Source: Eledone cirrhosa (Eukaryota). From it: DNA of 64,000 nucleotides. Shown here one piece after another: positions 49,075 through 62,606 of this stretch (the stretch's first letter is position 1; every line of letters starts with the position of its first letter). The DNA lies in assembly GCA_964016885.1 (NCBI GenBank), contig OZ024758.1, forward strand, positions 8,990,001 through 9,054,000, given 5' to 3'. The position numbers and the translations under genes are program-made. The notes beneath the pieces are model-generated. The model was not told the origin of the DNA. It searched no databases and saw nothing but the letters and a program-made list of their open reading frames with translations.

Positions 49075-50699
49075 TATAACTATGAATAATGAAGGGTAGT
49101 TTGAGAGAAACGGGTGTTCATTCATTGCTCCGCTTCTTGACAAGATTAAGAAACTGCAGACAAAATAACGATACTCAAATATAAAACAAATGGAATACAT
49201 ACATACAGACACATTATAATTATGAAACTGTTTATTTTACGACCCTGTGATAAACAGGCGAAGCTCTAGTGACAAGACTCACTATTTAGTCTTCATAAAA
49301 TGAATATCTAAAAACTCTACTTCAGTATTGAGTACTCTTTTCTCTCATCCGTCAACCACATACAAATATATATATATATATATCACTTCTACTTGAATGT
49401 TATGCAATTAACAGATGTAGATTAAGTGTTAATTAAATAAATAATATTCATTTTGCTACGTTACGTTATCTGACAAATCCAGATAGAGAAGAAAATTAGA
49501 AATGTAAGCAAATGACAACTCAATGGAAACTTAGTTACAACGTAAAATGACATAATGATCGTCTGTAATAAGATTTTACTGAAGGTAACCATAAAAAAAT
49601 CAACATAATGATTTATGTATTGAAATGCAAGGAGTGGATCGGCTAGATGTGAAAGAACGGTAGAAAAGAGGAGAGAGACTGAGAAACAGAAGGAAAAGCT
49701 TTTGTCAATATACGAAACTTCACTTACTTGTTTGCTGAGTCTCACGTGTTAATGTAACTTATCCTTGTCCCCATGACAGATACGGCTTGAAGATGTCAAT
49801 TAACGTGATGCCTGTTGCAAATAGATCCCGTTTACAGGTGCGATGCGCTACCTAACGATTTCAAAGTGCAGCTATGGTTACAAACAATATCGGACTCGAT
49901 ATAATTAGAAAGATGCATCAAGAGAAAGGACGCCATTATAATTGACAACAAATCTCGCGTGAAATTATACCCATCACGTGATACACGAGACTAGGGACCA
50001 ACAACAAGCTAGAGAAAGTATTGACAATAAATGAATACATCTTAAATTTAACCAAATTTTTACTCTTTTACTGCGACGACAAACAGACATAGTTTTATGT
50101 GAAGTAGTAAATTTTTTCTCAGTTTTTAAATGCAGGTGTTATTATCAATTACGTAATATTGCTAGCGTTATCAATTACGTAAGATCCTGCATAAAATGTC
50201 TACTCTGTAGGTATATTTTCATATCACCACACCTCTTTCTCAATCAAGCACTCAATACACAAATAGATCAAAGGTATTTTTTAACTAAAATCTCATCGTT
50301 AATATTTTCTATATTCAATTAAAGCAACACTGAATTTTGTTAGTACTTAGATGGATGACTTCGAGAAGCCGGCGAACTTTATAAAATAAGAGGTAAGCTT
50401 TCATCAGTGAGACTAGCTGGTATTTTTTATTATCCTGGAAAGAAACCACTTAGTTCACTTATACCGCTTTTAATATATTCGGGTATAAATATGAACGCTT
50501 CTACTAATATCTTTCTTTTTATGAATTTATGAAATATCTATTGGGTACTCTTAGTTTCAATTCCTCCCTTTCATTACTAATTTTGTTGTTGTTGATAATA
50601 AAATTTATTCACTGTTGTATAAAATGAGATATAATAATACAATGCTTACAGAACGAAAGCACAAATAAATATAAGGGAAAGAAAGAAAAGAAAAAAAAA

Positions 50700-52020
50700 A
50701 CCACATCTGGGCGAAAGGGGTGGACAACCGAGTCGCTACCAGAGTAAAAGATAACCGTATCGCGAAGAGCACTGGGAAACCTCTCTGATGATTTTTTTAA
50801 GCTAGCCAGCACGCTCGCAGCATTACCTCGGGTGATGGCAACCACGCGCCCTTACGAGCTTCACCAGTTAACTCTGTTAGGCAAGCCGCCAGTGAAGATA
50901 GGAATCTCGCAGTCACGAGTCTCGAACGCCACAGGCTGGAAATTGTAGTTGGCTGACTGATCACGGTATTTTAGGATTTTGTTCCGTTCGGCTGCGAAAA
51001 CTGTGGCTCTCTCGTCCTAACTGCAGCATCCAGGATGTGGGAAGAAGCAAAAGAGTCACTAACTGTGAGTCCCAGACTCTGCCTCTCGACCAGGGACACA
51101 GAGTAAGGAGGTCAGGCCTTTTCCTATCACTCCTGGACAGCCCAGAGGGTTCCAAGATTGAGGGGATGTTTGTCCAGGCCAAACCTCTCTTGAGAATAAG
51201 GTTTAGTGACGCAAAGCAACCGGCATTCAGGCGCCAAGAAAGACTGTGGAGTCGAGGAGTTTATCTCATCAGCACCTCAAACCCGTACAGACGTCAGCTC
51301 TCACTCTAATGGCAATGGAGACAAGCTGAGTAGGCCACCAAAGTTAGCCACGGGTAGGGCATCAACCCAGTGACCTGAGTAATTGGTGCTAGCAGACAGT
51401 AAGTGGCACCTTGAAAACTGATCCCACTGGTCAAAGTGGGAGTTGAAGGTGGCCTTCAAACTTATGCTGTCCAAAGCTCTCTGATTTCAATTGTCCTCCA
51501 CCTTCTCAGGAACAGACAAGCCTAACTTACTCCATTGTTGGAGAGCTTCATCCAACTCCCTGCTGGAACTAGTCCATGTTGGAGAGGAGAGGATGCTGCT
51601 CACCAGGGTGGAGGAAAGGAAGCAGGGGAGAGAGTGGGACGAACACTTACGTAGACCAAGACCCCCCAAATCGCTTGGGCAACGCAGCCTGATCGTGGGA
51701 CTCTGGAGAGAGTCTAACATTAACCAGGCACTCGAGCCTCTCGAAGATAGGTCGTCGAAGCGTTGGAGGCAGGACAGAAAAATGTGAGGGGCTGATCCTG
51801 AGCAGATACAGAAGCTTAGGAATAGACAGGTAGTTCCTGAGTATGAAGAAACCTTGATGGGGTTCGATAACTTCGATATTCCTCAGCAGCTGCTCAAGGC
51901 CAACCATCTTCGATTGGAAGGTTGACTCGAAGGCCAGGTCTGTGATTGGGGCTCCTAAGGAGCACCAAGCCGATGGGGGAGGGACCGTGATGGAAAGGAA
52001 GGACTCTGCAAACAGGTTGA
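50700..52020 (-). mobile_element. Degenerate non-LTR retrotransposon with restriction-like endonuclease (CRE-clade-like), RT C-terminus to 3' end
   Basis: frameshifted pieces LSIPKLLYLLR, QAALP..GGLGLR, EPSGLSRSDRKRPDLLTLCPWSRG..WD, KILKY..FQPVAFET, AITRGNAASVLASL. Confidence 0.85.
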
Positions 52021-54665
52021 TTAGCTGTTGGTGTTGAGAATCCAGAGCTCACATCAGTCCAATATGCACTAACAGCCATTCAATATAGCTCAGCAGGTCA
52101 ACAATATTCAGCCATTGAATGAATGTGTGGAGATTGGTTTTATCACTCTTTGCACTTCTCAGAAAGGTTTAACCAATGACACTTTCAAACCTACAGAACT
52201 TATTCTGACACTTGAGTAACATCAGGTCAGAAGTTGTCCATAATTCTTAGGCTGAAGGTCCTCTGGAATAAACTACTTAGCTTGTATGTATCAACACCAA
52301 AGAAAACCTCTGAGAACATCATCTCTCATGCTTACTACTATCACTATAAAAGCTAATGTGGACATCTCACCAAGGATTGTGAGTACCTGACAACATTCTA
52401 GACACCCAGTTATAATAATAGATGATAATAAATTTTTATAGAGTCATTTAAGATCACTGAAGAAATACACTCCAAAGACATAATTGCCTGAAATACCCCA
52501 TCCCACCTTGAAGTTTTACATTTAATTAAAGGGTACCAATGTAATCCTGAAACTGTTCATCAAACTCTACTGGAGCTAGTTTTATTTGGTGTCTTAAAAT
52601 CACAAAGGTACATATAATTTATTATAGGCTCTCATTTATTCCTCCATATATTGTTATTTAATAGCGAGTCCCATTAAATTGAAAGTAATTTATTGGGTAT
52701 CCAGTCTAAGACCTAGAATTATGCTATTTGATTGTCATTTTTTAAAGTTTAAAAAAACTCATATCATCACAACTTATGAATCCAGGTCTTTGTGCATTCT
52801 TTTTTCAAAAGAAATCATATGCTATGTTATCTAATTGTTGTTATTGCTTAGCTCCAGATAAACTGACTTCTTATCAAAGACATTCCAGTTGAGATCATCC
52901 TGTCTTTTTAAGTAATATCTAGTACTACATTGTCTAATGTGTCCTTCCCTTTTCTTTAAACAGTGAGGTGTGATTTGAGGAAAATATGGCTGCTATTCCT
53001 AGCAGGTCAATTGACCTACAAAGAGGCTTCATACAATTGACTTATACAAAGCCCTGAGTTCAGTTTTCTACCAAGTTAGATAGATCCAATTTTGAATATG
53101 GCCTTTAAACCATTTTTTATAACTTCATTTATTGACATTTTTGAAGTAATGATGGTTGCAGGAGGCTGGGATTTTAGCACTTTCTAATACTCAACTCTCT
53201 GCACTTGAAGCCTGTACAGTCCAACTCCTCTATTAGCCAAGGCACAAAGCTCTGCCTGTATATGTGAATCATTGAGCCAATGGTGACTTATGCATGTGAG
53301 ACATGGAAAAAAAGACTTGTATAATCTACAGAACTGCATATGTTGTCAATAGACGTTGCCTTAGGACCATACTTGGGATTTCTTGGAGAAGGTCATGGAA
53401 AGAGCACGGCTTAGTAATCTACAGGATACCTTCACTGTATGACAGCAGATGCTTGGCTATGTGCTACACATGTCCAGGATGAAACCAGTGAGAGCCTCTC
53501 TCAAATGGAAGCCATAAGGAGGGCATAGAAAACAAGGCAAACTTGTCAAGACCTTGTTGAGGTCTGTGGTGAAAGACTTGTAGACATGGGCCAGGCTTGT
53601 AATGGCTTGTAACCATGTAGAATGGAGATTTCTCATTGCTCAATAATCTATAGAGAACTAAAGAAGAAGAAAATACTCAACAATCACTGTATCATTGTGT
53701 TATTTAACCAACATTTCCAATTACTACAACACTGTGAACCTGCTTACCCCACCTCCCTTGTTGCCCTGTCTTCTTTTCCTTTCCCTTTTTTTTACAAGTT
53801 CTCTTCTCTTCACATCTAAAATCAATCAGGTGGTGGTGGATGCTCATCTATAATAATTGTAAACTGCAATCAGAACCATACTCCAGACCCAATGAACTGA
53901 AAGGAAAATAGAGAACTCTTATGTGAAGGTGACAACTAGGTAGTATCTCCTAACCCCAAATTGTTAATTTTAGTGATACTGCTTACAGAATATACATATT
54001 TTTGGTTGAGTGGGTAGGGTCATTGGGACCCAAATATTTTACAACAGAGGTAACCATTTATTTAACATCCATTCAATTTAGCTTCTACTCCACCCAAACC
54101 TAGTTTTAGGTTCATACATAACAGAAGCTATCAAAATACCTGTAATAGACCCTTCATCAGTTTTAAGGATGGCACAACTGCTCCAGTTAACAGAGAAATC
54201 TATGAGTATGCAGGTGTGGTGAGCCGCATATATTCTAGCTATTAGAAAAAAACCAAGTGAATGCTTTACCTTTGATGGAGGGATGACTCAAGAAAAGAAG
54301 AATATTGTTTTAAAATGTCCAACTATTGATCTTATTGAAATTGTGAGCTTTTGTCTCGTTAGAGTTTTTGAATTCATAATACATATATGACATCCTACCA
54401 TATTTATATTTATGCAGAACAATTCCCTGAGTTGTTTCCCTTCGTCCATCAGCGTCACTATATACTATGCTCGCGTGTAAATATGTTTGTTTGTATGTAT
54501 GTATGTATATATATATATATGTGCACACGCACACATATATATATTTAAGAAAAAGCAGACAACTGATGAAGGAAAATGTTCTCCCGTTCTTGCTTTCCTT
54601 TATATATTTAAGTAACAGCCGTACTAAGAGTGGGAAATGAAATTTCGTTTCATTTTTTCCGTTTA

Positions 54666-54715
<50 letters not shown>

Positions 54716-57700
54716 ACTGAAGTAATTCCGTCGGAAAGGTCCAGGAAAAAAGAGTGCTCTATGTAGATTACAGAGCTTATTAGTTATGTAATAAACAACA
54801 TAATTATCTTATGTTGTTTATTACATAAGTAAATATATATATATATATAAATTACTTTTAGCTCTACCAACTCAGTAGAATATGCTTCGCTGGGGATGTC
54901 TAACAAAACTGAACTATGTTCGTTTGCTTAAAAGATCAGATCTTCTCGTGTCTACATTCTTTATAATGTCCGAAAACTTCCATCAACTGCTCTTATGAGA
55001 GTTATGTCCCTTGATTATTTTTTCTTCTCTTAGACACCACTAGCGGGAGTTTTGTTCTACTAATTGCATGGGTAAACTTAGCTAGTCGAAGTTCTTCAAC
55101 TGACTATGTTACATATACGAGACTCTACTCTGTCTAACATACAGAACCTTCCGTTAAGCTATTTTCTCTCAGCTATATCACGAAAGAATCGGGAGGCAGG
55201 AGAATCGGTAGAACTCCAGCAAAATGTTTTGACATGTTGAGTTACATCCCTTTAAGTAGTGAGTAAATCCCATCCAGGCTGGCATTGGCTTTAGTACTTT
55301 CGTGTTCGAAAATACTAGTTAAAGTATTAGGATCGATGTAATCCTGTATATACCCTCGTTTGCAAAATCTACGATCTTCTGTTGCCAATGTTAGAAATCA
55401 ATATTATATATTCTATACACAAGTTGTAAGTGGGAAATAGTGAAATAGCAGCAGTCCAATGAGTTTCAATGTGTGTTGTTTTTTTGGTAATATCTTTCCG
55501 TATACGTGTGCGCATGTAACAGGATGAGAGAAGTATTGTTTAATTACTACTACTGTTTGACCATTCTCTAAAATACAACGGCATAGTCATCATCATCATC
55601 ACCAAATACACCATATTTATTGCTAATCCCACCACCGTCATTATCATTACAACAACAATGTCAATTCGTTTCAACCACGATTGAATTTAATCACTTCATT
55701 CATGCAAGACACCCACATCACAGGCCGACAGTATACGGAATAAATATTCCAAGCCGACTTTGCATTTTATTTATTTATTTTTATTTTTAAGTAAAAGTAA
55801 TGAGACGAAACGAATCTTAATCCATTGAAGCATTTTACTACGGCGCTCTATTTATACCAACTCCCCATCTCATACCATCACTACAGTACTATTACTGCAA
55901 CAGTATCAATGGCATCTGTCGCTAAACCAATTGACCAGACACGAGACGAAACGGCTGCCTAGACGCCATTAAATTAAAAAAATATATTAAAAAAGAGGAA
56001 GACAGAAAAAAAAAAATTCACAGCCAAAACAAACTTGGTAACAAACGTCACTTGTACGTCATGGTAGAAGCCACGCCTATCTTCTCCTCCCACTCTGTAT
56101 CAACACGCTAGAATTGTGATTACGGTGAGAGGAGGGGAGGAAAGAAAAGATGCAGTGTGCAATTGACAATACGCTAATTAAACCACTTCCACACACTCAA
56201 ACTACTACTACACACATACACACACACATACATACTTTATAACACTCACACACATTCCGCCGATTTTGACACATTTTTATTATTTATCAGCATAACACGC
56301 CGTCGTATAACCTAATTAATTAGTCAGTGGGAGAGAAAGTGAATCGCACACCACAGAATGCTAAATAAACAGATACGCACACGATTTTCGTCCATTGGTA
56401 CTTACTTGTACATACAGTATAGATTTGTAGGAGTTTGAGTGTAATCAACTGAATTGACCCAAATACATGACTGGTATTTTATTGAGTAATGTCAACGCAG
56501 TCAAGGATTACACTTGCTCAGTCCCAGATCAACCCTGAATCGAGCAGACATATTACCAAAAGCATTCTAGCCATTTTTTTTTAGTTATTGTGTACCCTGC
56601 ACAACATTATCTAATATGTTTTACACCCCACCACCCACTTTTTAGATGGTGAGATGTGAGATTTAGCTGCTATTTCTCGTCGGTAGAGCGACAGCGTAGA
56701 GGCTTTCTTGTTAAATCGCGAAGCTTCAGGTTGTTATTGTTTAGCCAACTCAGGTCAGCTCCGATCTAGCAGACTTACTCTCAAAAGCGTTCCAGTCACA
56801 ACCACACTATATGTCTGTATGTCGAGAACTATATTGTCCAATGCGTCCGTCTTCTTTTATGACGATAGTACTATAAGAATTGGCAGAATGAAAATGTGTG
56901 AAGTTCTTTGTTGATGTGAGGAAAGCAGTTCTTGGGGCAAGTTAAATGTGAACTCATCTAATGTAAAGAAGTATTAAAGCTAACTAAAAATAATTATATA
57001 CTGGGGGGAGGGGTAGTAAATGATTAAACTGTATATTTTATTATTTAAGACAACTCTGGGCATGTTTCAGTCCTATTTTGACCTCACCAGCAAAGCATAA
57101 GCCTTCGCTGTACTTATCGAAGTAAAGAATCAGCAAGTAAAGAATTGAACACTGGTTGTCATAGAAAATAGAATTGTTTGGAGAAAAATAATTCAGAGAC
57201 GCTATCCGTAAGTTAAGTCAATGTTAACGTATCTAATACAGCGAACAATTAAAATGCCAACTAGAAATATTTAAAGCTTTATTAGGCATTAATCGGGAAA
57301 TGGAAATCGATTCGTAAATTCGGCATGTGGAAAAATGATATACAGGTGTTTTGATGACTGGAGAAAAGAGCTTCAATTAAGAGGACGAAAAAATATTTTT
57401 GTGATGTTCATTTGTTCAGACTGCAAAATATTCACATTTCTGTTGTAAACTCGACGCAAGAACAATTATGTGTAAAAGAAAAAAAACAAAAAACTCATTC
57501 ACAGGTACTTTATCAAGTTTGAAGAAGGATGAATGAAAATCAGGCACCATTCTTGACTATTGCAGTCGTAACATTCTGCAACAGTTTAGCATCCTAACTA
57601 AAGGGGTGTTCATTATTTTTATGCTAGTAGTCGGAGGGCGGTTAACTAGGGCCAATTTTTGCAAAGGAGTAGGATGATTTAGGATTGGATCGTCACAGGT

Positions 57701-58979
57701 ATACTTCTAGTTTCTGACAGGATACAAGATTTGAAGTTTCTAAGAATAGCGTTCTGTCTAAATCAGAGATTTCGTTTTCACAGGAAATTGTCGAATCTGT
57801 GTATTGTCCCTTTGTGTATGTGTTTGTGTGTGTGTATGTATGTACGTATGTGTGTGTATGTATGCATACATACAGGATTATCTGTAATTATACATATCTA
57901 TACTAATGTAAAATACACTCATGCAACACACATACAGCTTCATGTGTGTGTAAACCACAAATGAAAATTGACAGTAAAATGAAAGTGAATTATCAGGAAG
58001 CTATATCAAATCCGACAATTGGTGGGTAAACGAACAGCTCTCAAATTGCAAGTAGTGTTTATATTTATGGCGAGAATAAAATGCTTTGCGATATTCATTC
58101 CGACTGTCTGTGCCCTAAGTTCAATCCCTGCCGAGGTCAACTTTGTCTTTCATTCTTTCGAGGTCTATAATATACCACTCCAGTACAGGTGTCAATTCTT
58201 CCCTTATCTCTCTCTCTCTCTCTCTCATACACATTTTCTCTGGAAGAAATAAATCCGTGTTCAGACTTCAGGAGGGATAGGTTCCACCAGGTATACCTCA
58301 ACGACTCGATCTGGAGTTAAGAGCTAATGACAGCATTGTTCAAAACTTTGTAGGTCTCAATATACATTGAATATTGAAACAGGCAAAAAGAAAAAAAAAA
58401 GCTTAAAATTTGAGAAAGAAAAACTCACAAATAACTCAATCGGGTTTCGGTGAGAAATCAAATACTTTTCAGTTTGATTTCATTTTATTGTTGACCATAT
58501 CCGGTTCTAGTTTATATCAACGTCGCTAAATCTGCCGAAGACTCGCCTTTCTACCGTCACATACCAGTAGTTTCCGACATTAGAACGGGCCGTGACGAGG
58601 GTTTTCTCCTACTTACTTTAGTGACTCTAAAATTCCTCTACATCCCAACCCCAACAATCTCCCTTTTCTTCATTAACTAACAGCTTGCTAAAACATAAAC
58701 ACTCCTAGACGATACCACAATTAATTTCACCTTAACTTTTAACACCACAGGCGCCACCAAAACTCGGGTTAGATGGTCCACATTCAACTTGATCTGTCGC
58801 CATTCTCAAGAATCTTAGACCCATCCTTTAATGAGGACGTAACAGGTTTACTCTACAGCAAAATTGCTGCATATAACAAGGAAACATTCGAATTCTACAT
58901 CTGTTCAAGATACTATACTAAGAAAAACCCTCAAAATAGTAAAACAATCTGTCATGATTTGTCGTGTTGGCATTACACA

Positions 58980-59318
58980 CAAATATATATATATATATAA
59001 TATATATATTTATTAAAATAAATATATATATATATAATATATATTTATTAAAATAAATATATATATTTATTAAAATAAATATATATATATTATATATAAT
59101 ATATATTATATATAATATATATAAATATATATATTTATTAAAATAAATATATATATATTATATATAATATATATTTATTAAAATAAATATATATATATAT
59201 ATATATTATATATAATATATATTATATATAATATATATTATATATAATATATATAAATATATATATTTATTAAAATAAATATATATATATTATATATAAT
59301 ATATATTTATTAAAATAA

Positions 59319-59349
<31 letters not shown>

Positions 59350-59384
59350 ATATTATATATATATATATATATTATATATATATA

Positions 59385-59456
<72 letters not shown>

Positions 59457-59468
59457 TATATATATATA
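58980..59468. repeat. Pure A/T tract with higher-order TATTTATTAAAATAAATA units grading into (TA)n
   Basis: no G or C over about 490 bp. Confidence 0.95.
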
Positions 59469-60549
59469 CACACACACATATACATTATATTATATTATAT
59501 ATCATTGTAAAAATAGGTAGTTCCTTAAGATTATCTTTCTCTTCAGGGCCAGAAAATCAGAAAATACTTCAACCCTGCAACAATAGTTGTTTACCTTTAC
59601 ATAGAAGAAATCAAGTAAAACCCATTTTAAGAGTACTGCTCACATATCGGGAACGGTGCTGCTGCTACACACACTGACAGCCTTAGAAAAAAAAAAAAAA
59701 GGCTGTACGTACGATTGGCAAAATTTTACTCATCAACACACTACCACAATTAACAGTTTCTTCCCACTGCATATTCTACCTCTAAAAGAACAGCCATCGA
59801 GAGTACCTCTATGTGGTCACTCAACCTGCTAGAAATAGCAACCGAATCTTAAAAAAATGCAAACGATTTGATAATCCTAAAAAGACAGGTTAGCCATGAC
59901 TGAAATACAAGTAGATCGATCAGCGCTGACCTGGGGCTAAACAACAACAACAACAACAACAACATCTGAACCAGCTTGTTGTCTGTTCTGTCACAGTCTA
60001 AATGTCACTTTGACGTACCAGCCTCGGTCGAACACGAAACACTTTGCCCAATTTGTGTCTCTTCCCATCAACGTTGTTGTTGTCCAGCATCAGGCCGTAT
60101 CTGATTAACAGATAGCAGATATCTATGGTGAAAGGCGTTCCAGTAATGACCGTCTGCGAAGAATATTTTTGTATTATCAGAGACTCCATTTTCCAACTTA
60201 TCCTATATATCCTATATTTAAGGCTATAGGATGTGATTCGAAGGCGGATTCAACTGCTATTTCTAGCATGGCAAGCGACCACTTAGAGGCTTCTTCGTTG
60301 ACGCGTGGTTTCAATTGGGGATCGAAATTGGAGTAATAGTGAATATGACCTACTGTAATAGGTGGATAAATAAAATTGTTAGATGAGAAAGGGTTAAAGT
60401 CAGTGACCCATTGGCATTTCTTAGTTTTCAGAATTAAATTCTATTTACACTTGTTCATTTGGGAATCGCCTAGTTCGTGACTGGATCACACGTTGCGTGC
60501 GTGTGTAATGCACGCACACTGACAGTGTGTGTGTGCGTGTGTATATATA

Positions 60550-60597
<48 letters not shown>

Positions 60598-61149
60598 AAA
60601 CACATATATATATTTATATATGTTGTTCAGAATTTAGTGTCCGAACTATGTTAACATCATTTAATAGTAGATCAAATTTGAATTTATAGATTATTCACAT
60701 CATAAAATGAGGCATTCTCTATTCAATTGTTGATTGTCACGTATTCTTTTTTTTTGTTACTTAACATTAATTCAGGTGGCATTATTGGAGGTTGTAGAAA
60801 TATATTTAAATAAGTGAATAGCTAGAAACGCGTTTCTAAACTCAACCAGCTACTAAGAGAGATCGACTGAGAAAGAATATACGTACATACTCACACCTAT
60901 ATATATGTATAGAGAGAGAGATATATAGATAGATATAAATAAACGAAACACATGGTTAGATAGGCTAATAATAAACAACGCATTCAAAAAAAGTTTAAAC
61001 ATCATGCAATAAAATAGAATCAAATGCGTTTAGATAAAAAAGTTTATATTATTCAGCGACAATTACTGAAAAAATAAAATCTACTGGACATACACATAGA
61101 GGTATCCAGTATTGTTTAGTTTATTATATGGCTGATATACGGTCCTGCT

Positions 61150-62539
61150 CAACAAGCACGTAGATGCAGCCATGTGATTTTTACCAACGTGGTGAGGGCG
61201 GGGCATCAGTTAGCTCCATGGTGATGACGTCAAAACAAGCTGCTATGATTGGACAGCAAGGTTGCCGATTGTACACATCAAGGTAGTAGCATTGGTCGAT
61301 CCGGTAAGAGTTGTCTATCATTGCTCCACGTGTTCGCAGCGTCATCGGTGTTCTGTCATGTTTTGATGTGCTGCCGCCATGATACATTGTCTCTCACAAG
61401 ACTATATAACATTGCTCTACGTAAAATAATACAAGTATACACCATAATCGAGGAAAATCTATTCAGATTACATGAAGGCAAAAACACAGATGGTCACCAA
61501 GAATACTCATTTTTGGCACTTGAGTGATATATATACCCGTGAAGTGGGAGTGGGACGCACCTTACAGGCCACATGCTTATAGACTGGATTATACAGATCG
61601 TATCCATCTAGGGGGAAAAAGAACGATATCTGTTAACAGATGAACCTTGGATATGCGAAAGAAAGGAAATATTTAACGCTAATGTAAATTAAAAATCTCA
61701 TGAGATAGTACATCGGATGGTGGATACAACCCACCCCAATCACAGTCGAACTGATGGTATGTCGTATCATCTGAAATATGTCGTTTGAATGAGTAAATCA
61801 TACCTAACTTCTCTAGTTGTACAAAGACAATCGGTAATTTACCGATCGACATAAAATGTGTTAAAATCAGAAGAAAAAAAAAAAAACAAGAGAAAGTAAG
61901 TAAAAAGGAAACGAAATCGATGTGATTATTTCAACACAAATTTAGCCCATTCAACTTGTCCAACTAGGAAGACCTAGCATTCAATATTTTGTGTATTCTT
62001 TTCACGTGCTCTTTATACATGTGTTTTTCTTGTTATAAATATAAAGCCTTTGCATTCTGGAGTAAACAGCAAAGGCCATAATAGATGCACATCGATAACC
62101 AAATGCATAAGTAGCCTTATTTCAATGTAACGTCAGATCACATCGCGACGTGAATTTATTGTCATTCTGATCATACAATACATTAGTAAATATTTGCCAT
62201 TAAATAAATGTTTTTTTTATGTTTATATAAAAAAATTCGAACGTGAATATTGATTGCACAATTTATTCCGTCTAAAAAAAATTACAAAAAACAAACAAAC
62301 AAACAAAAACAAACACAGACAAACCCACAAAACAAACAAACCAAAAAAAAAACAAAAAAAACGCAAGTCGTGACGAGAAAAACACGTGACGGTGCACTCT
62401 CTTGACCGGAGAGGATTTACTTAATTGCTGGGGAGGAGGGGAGAAGACATCTTGAGAAATCCAAGAGTCCTTTAAAAGTTTTTGGAAAGATCTGGAAACT
62501 ACGGAGGCAAGCGAGAGTTGAGGAGAGAGACGGCAGGCT
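61150..62539 (+). promoter_or_regulatory. MNT promoter / 5' UTR region
   Basis: GC box 61196-61204, TGACGTCA 61225-61232, ATTGG at 61248 and 61291, CACGTG at 61327, 62003 and 62383, GCCGCCAT 61373; CpG retained. Confidence 0.6.
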
Positions 62540-62606
62540 ATGAGTCTGGAGACGTTGTTGGCGGCGGCGGATTATGTGGAATGGAAATCTCGTGCCAAAG
62601 CACGTG
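62540..62606 (+). CDS. MNT: Max-binding protein MNT (MXD/MNT family), first coding exon; gene continues beyond window
   Basis: MSLETLLAAADYVEWKSRAKAR, G|gtgagt donor; matches the Sin3-interaction domain MSIETLLEAARFLEW of MNT. Confidence 0.85.

Noticed and set aside
54555-54660. Hammerhead ribozyme at CTGATGA
   Set aside because: No properly placed stem II followed by GAAA could be built
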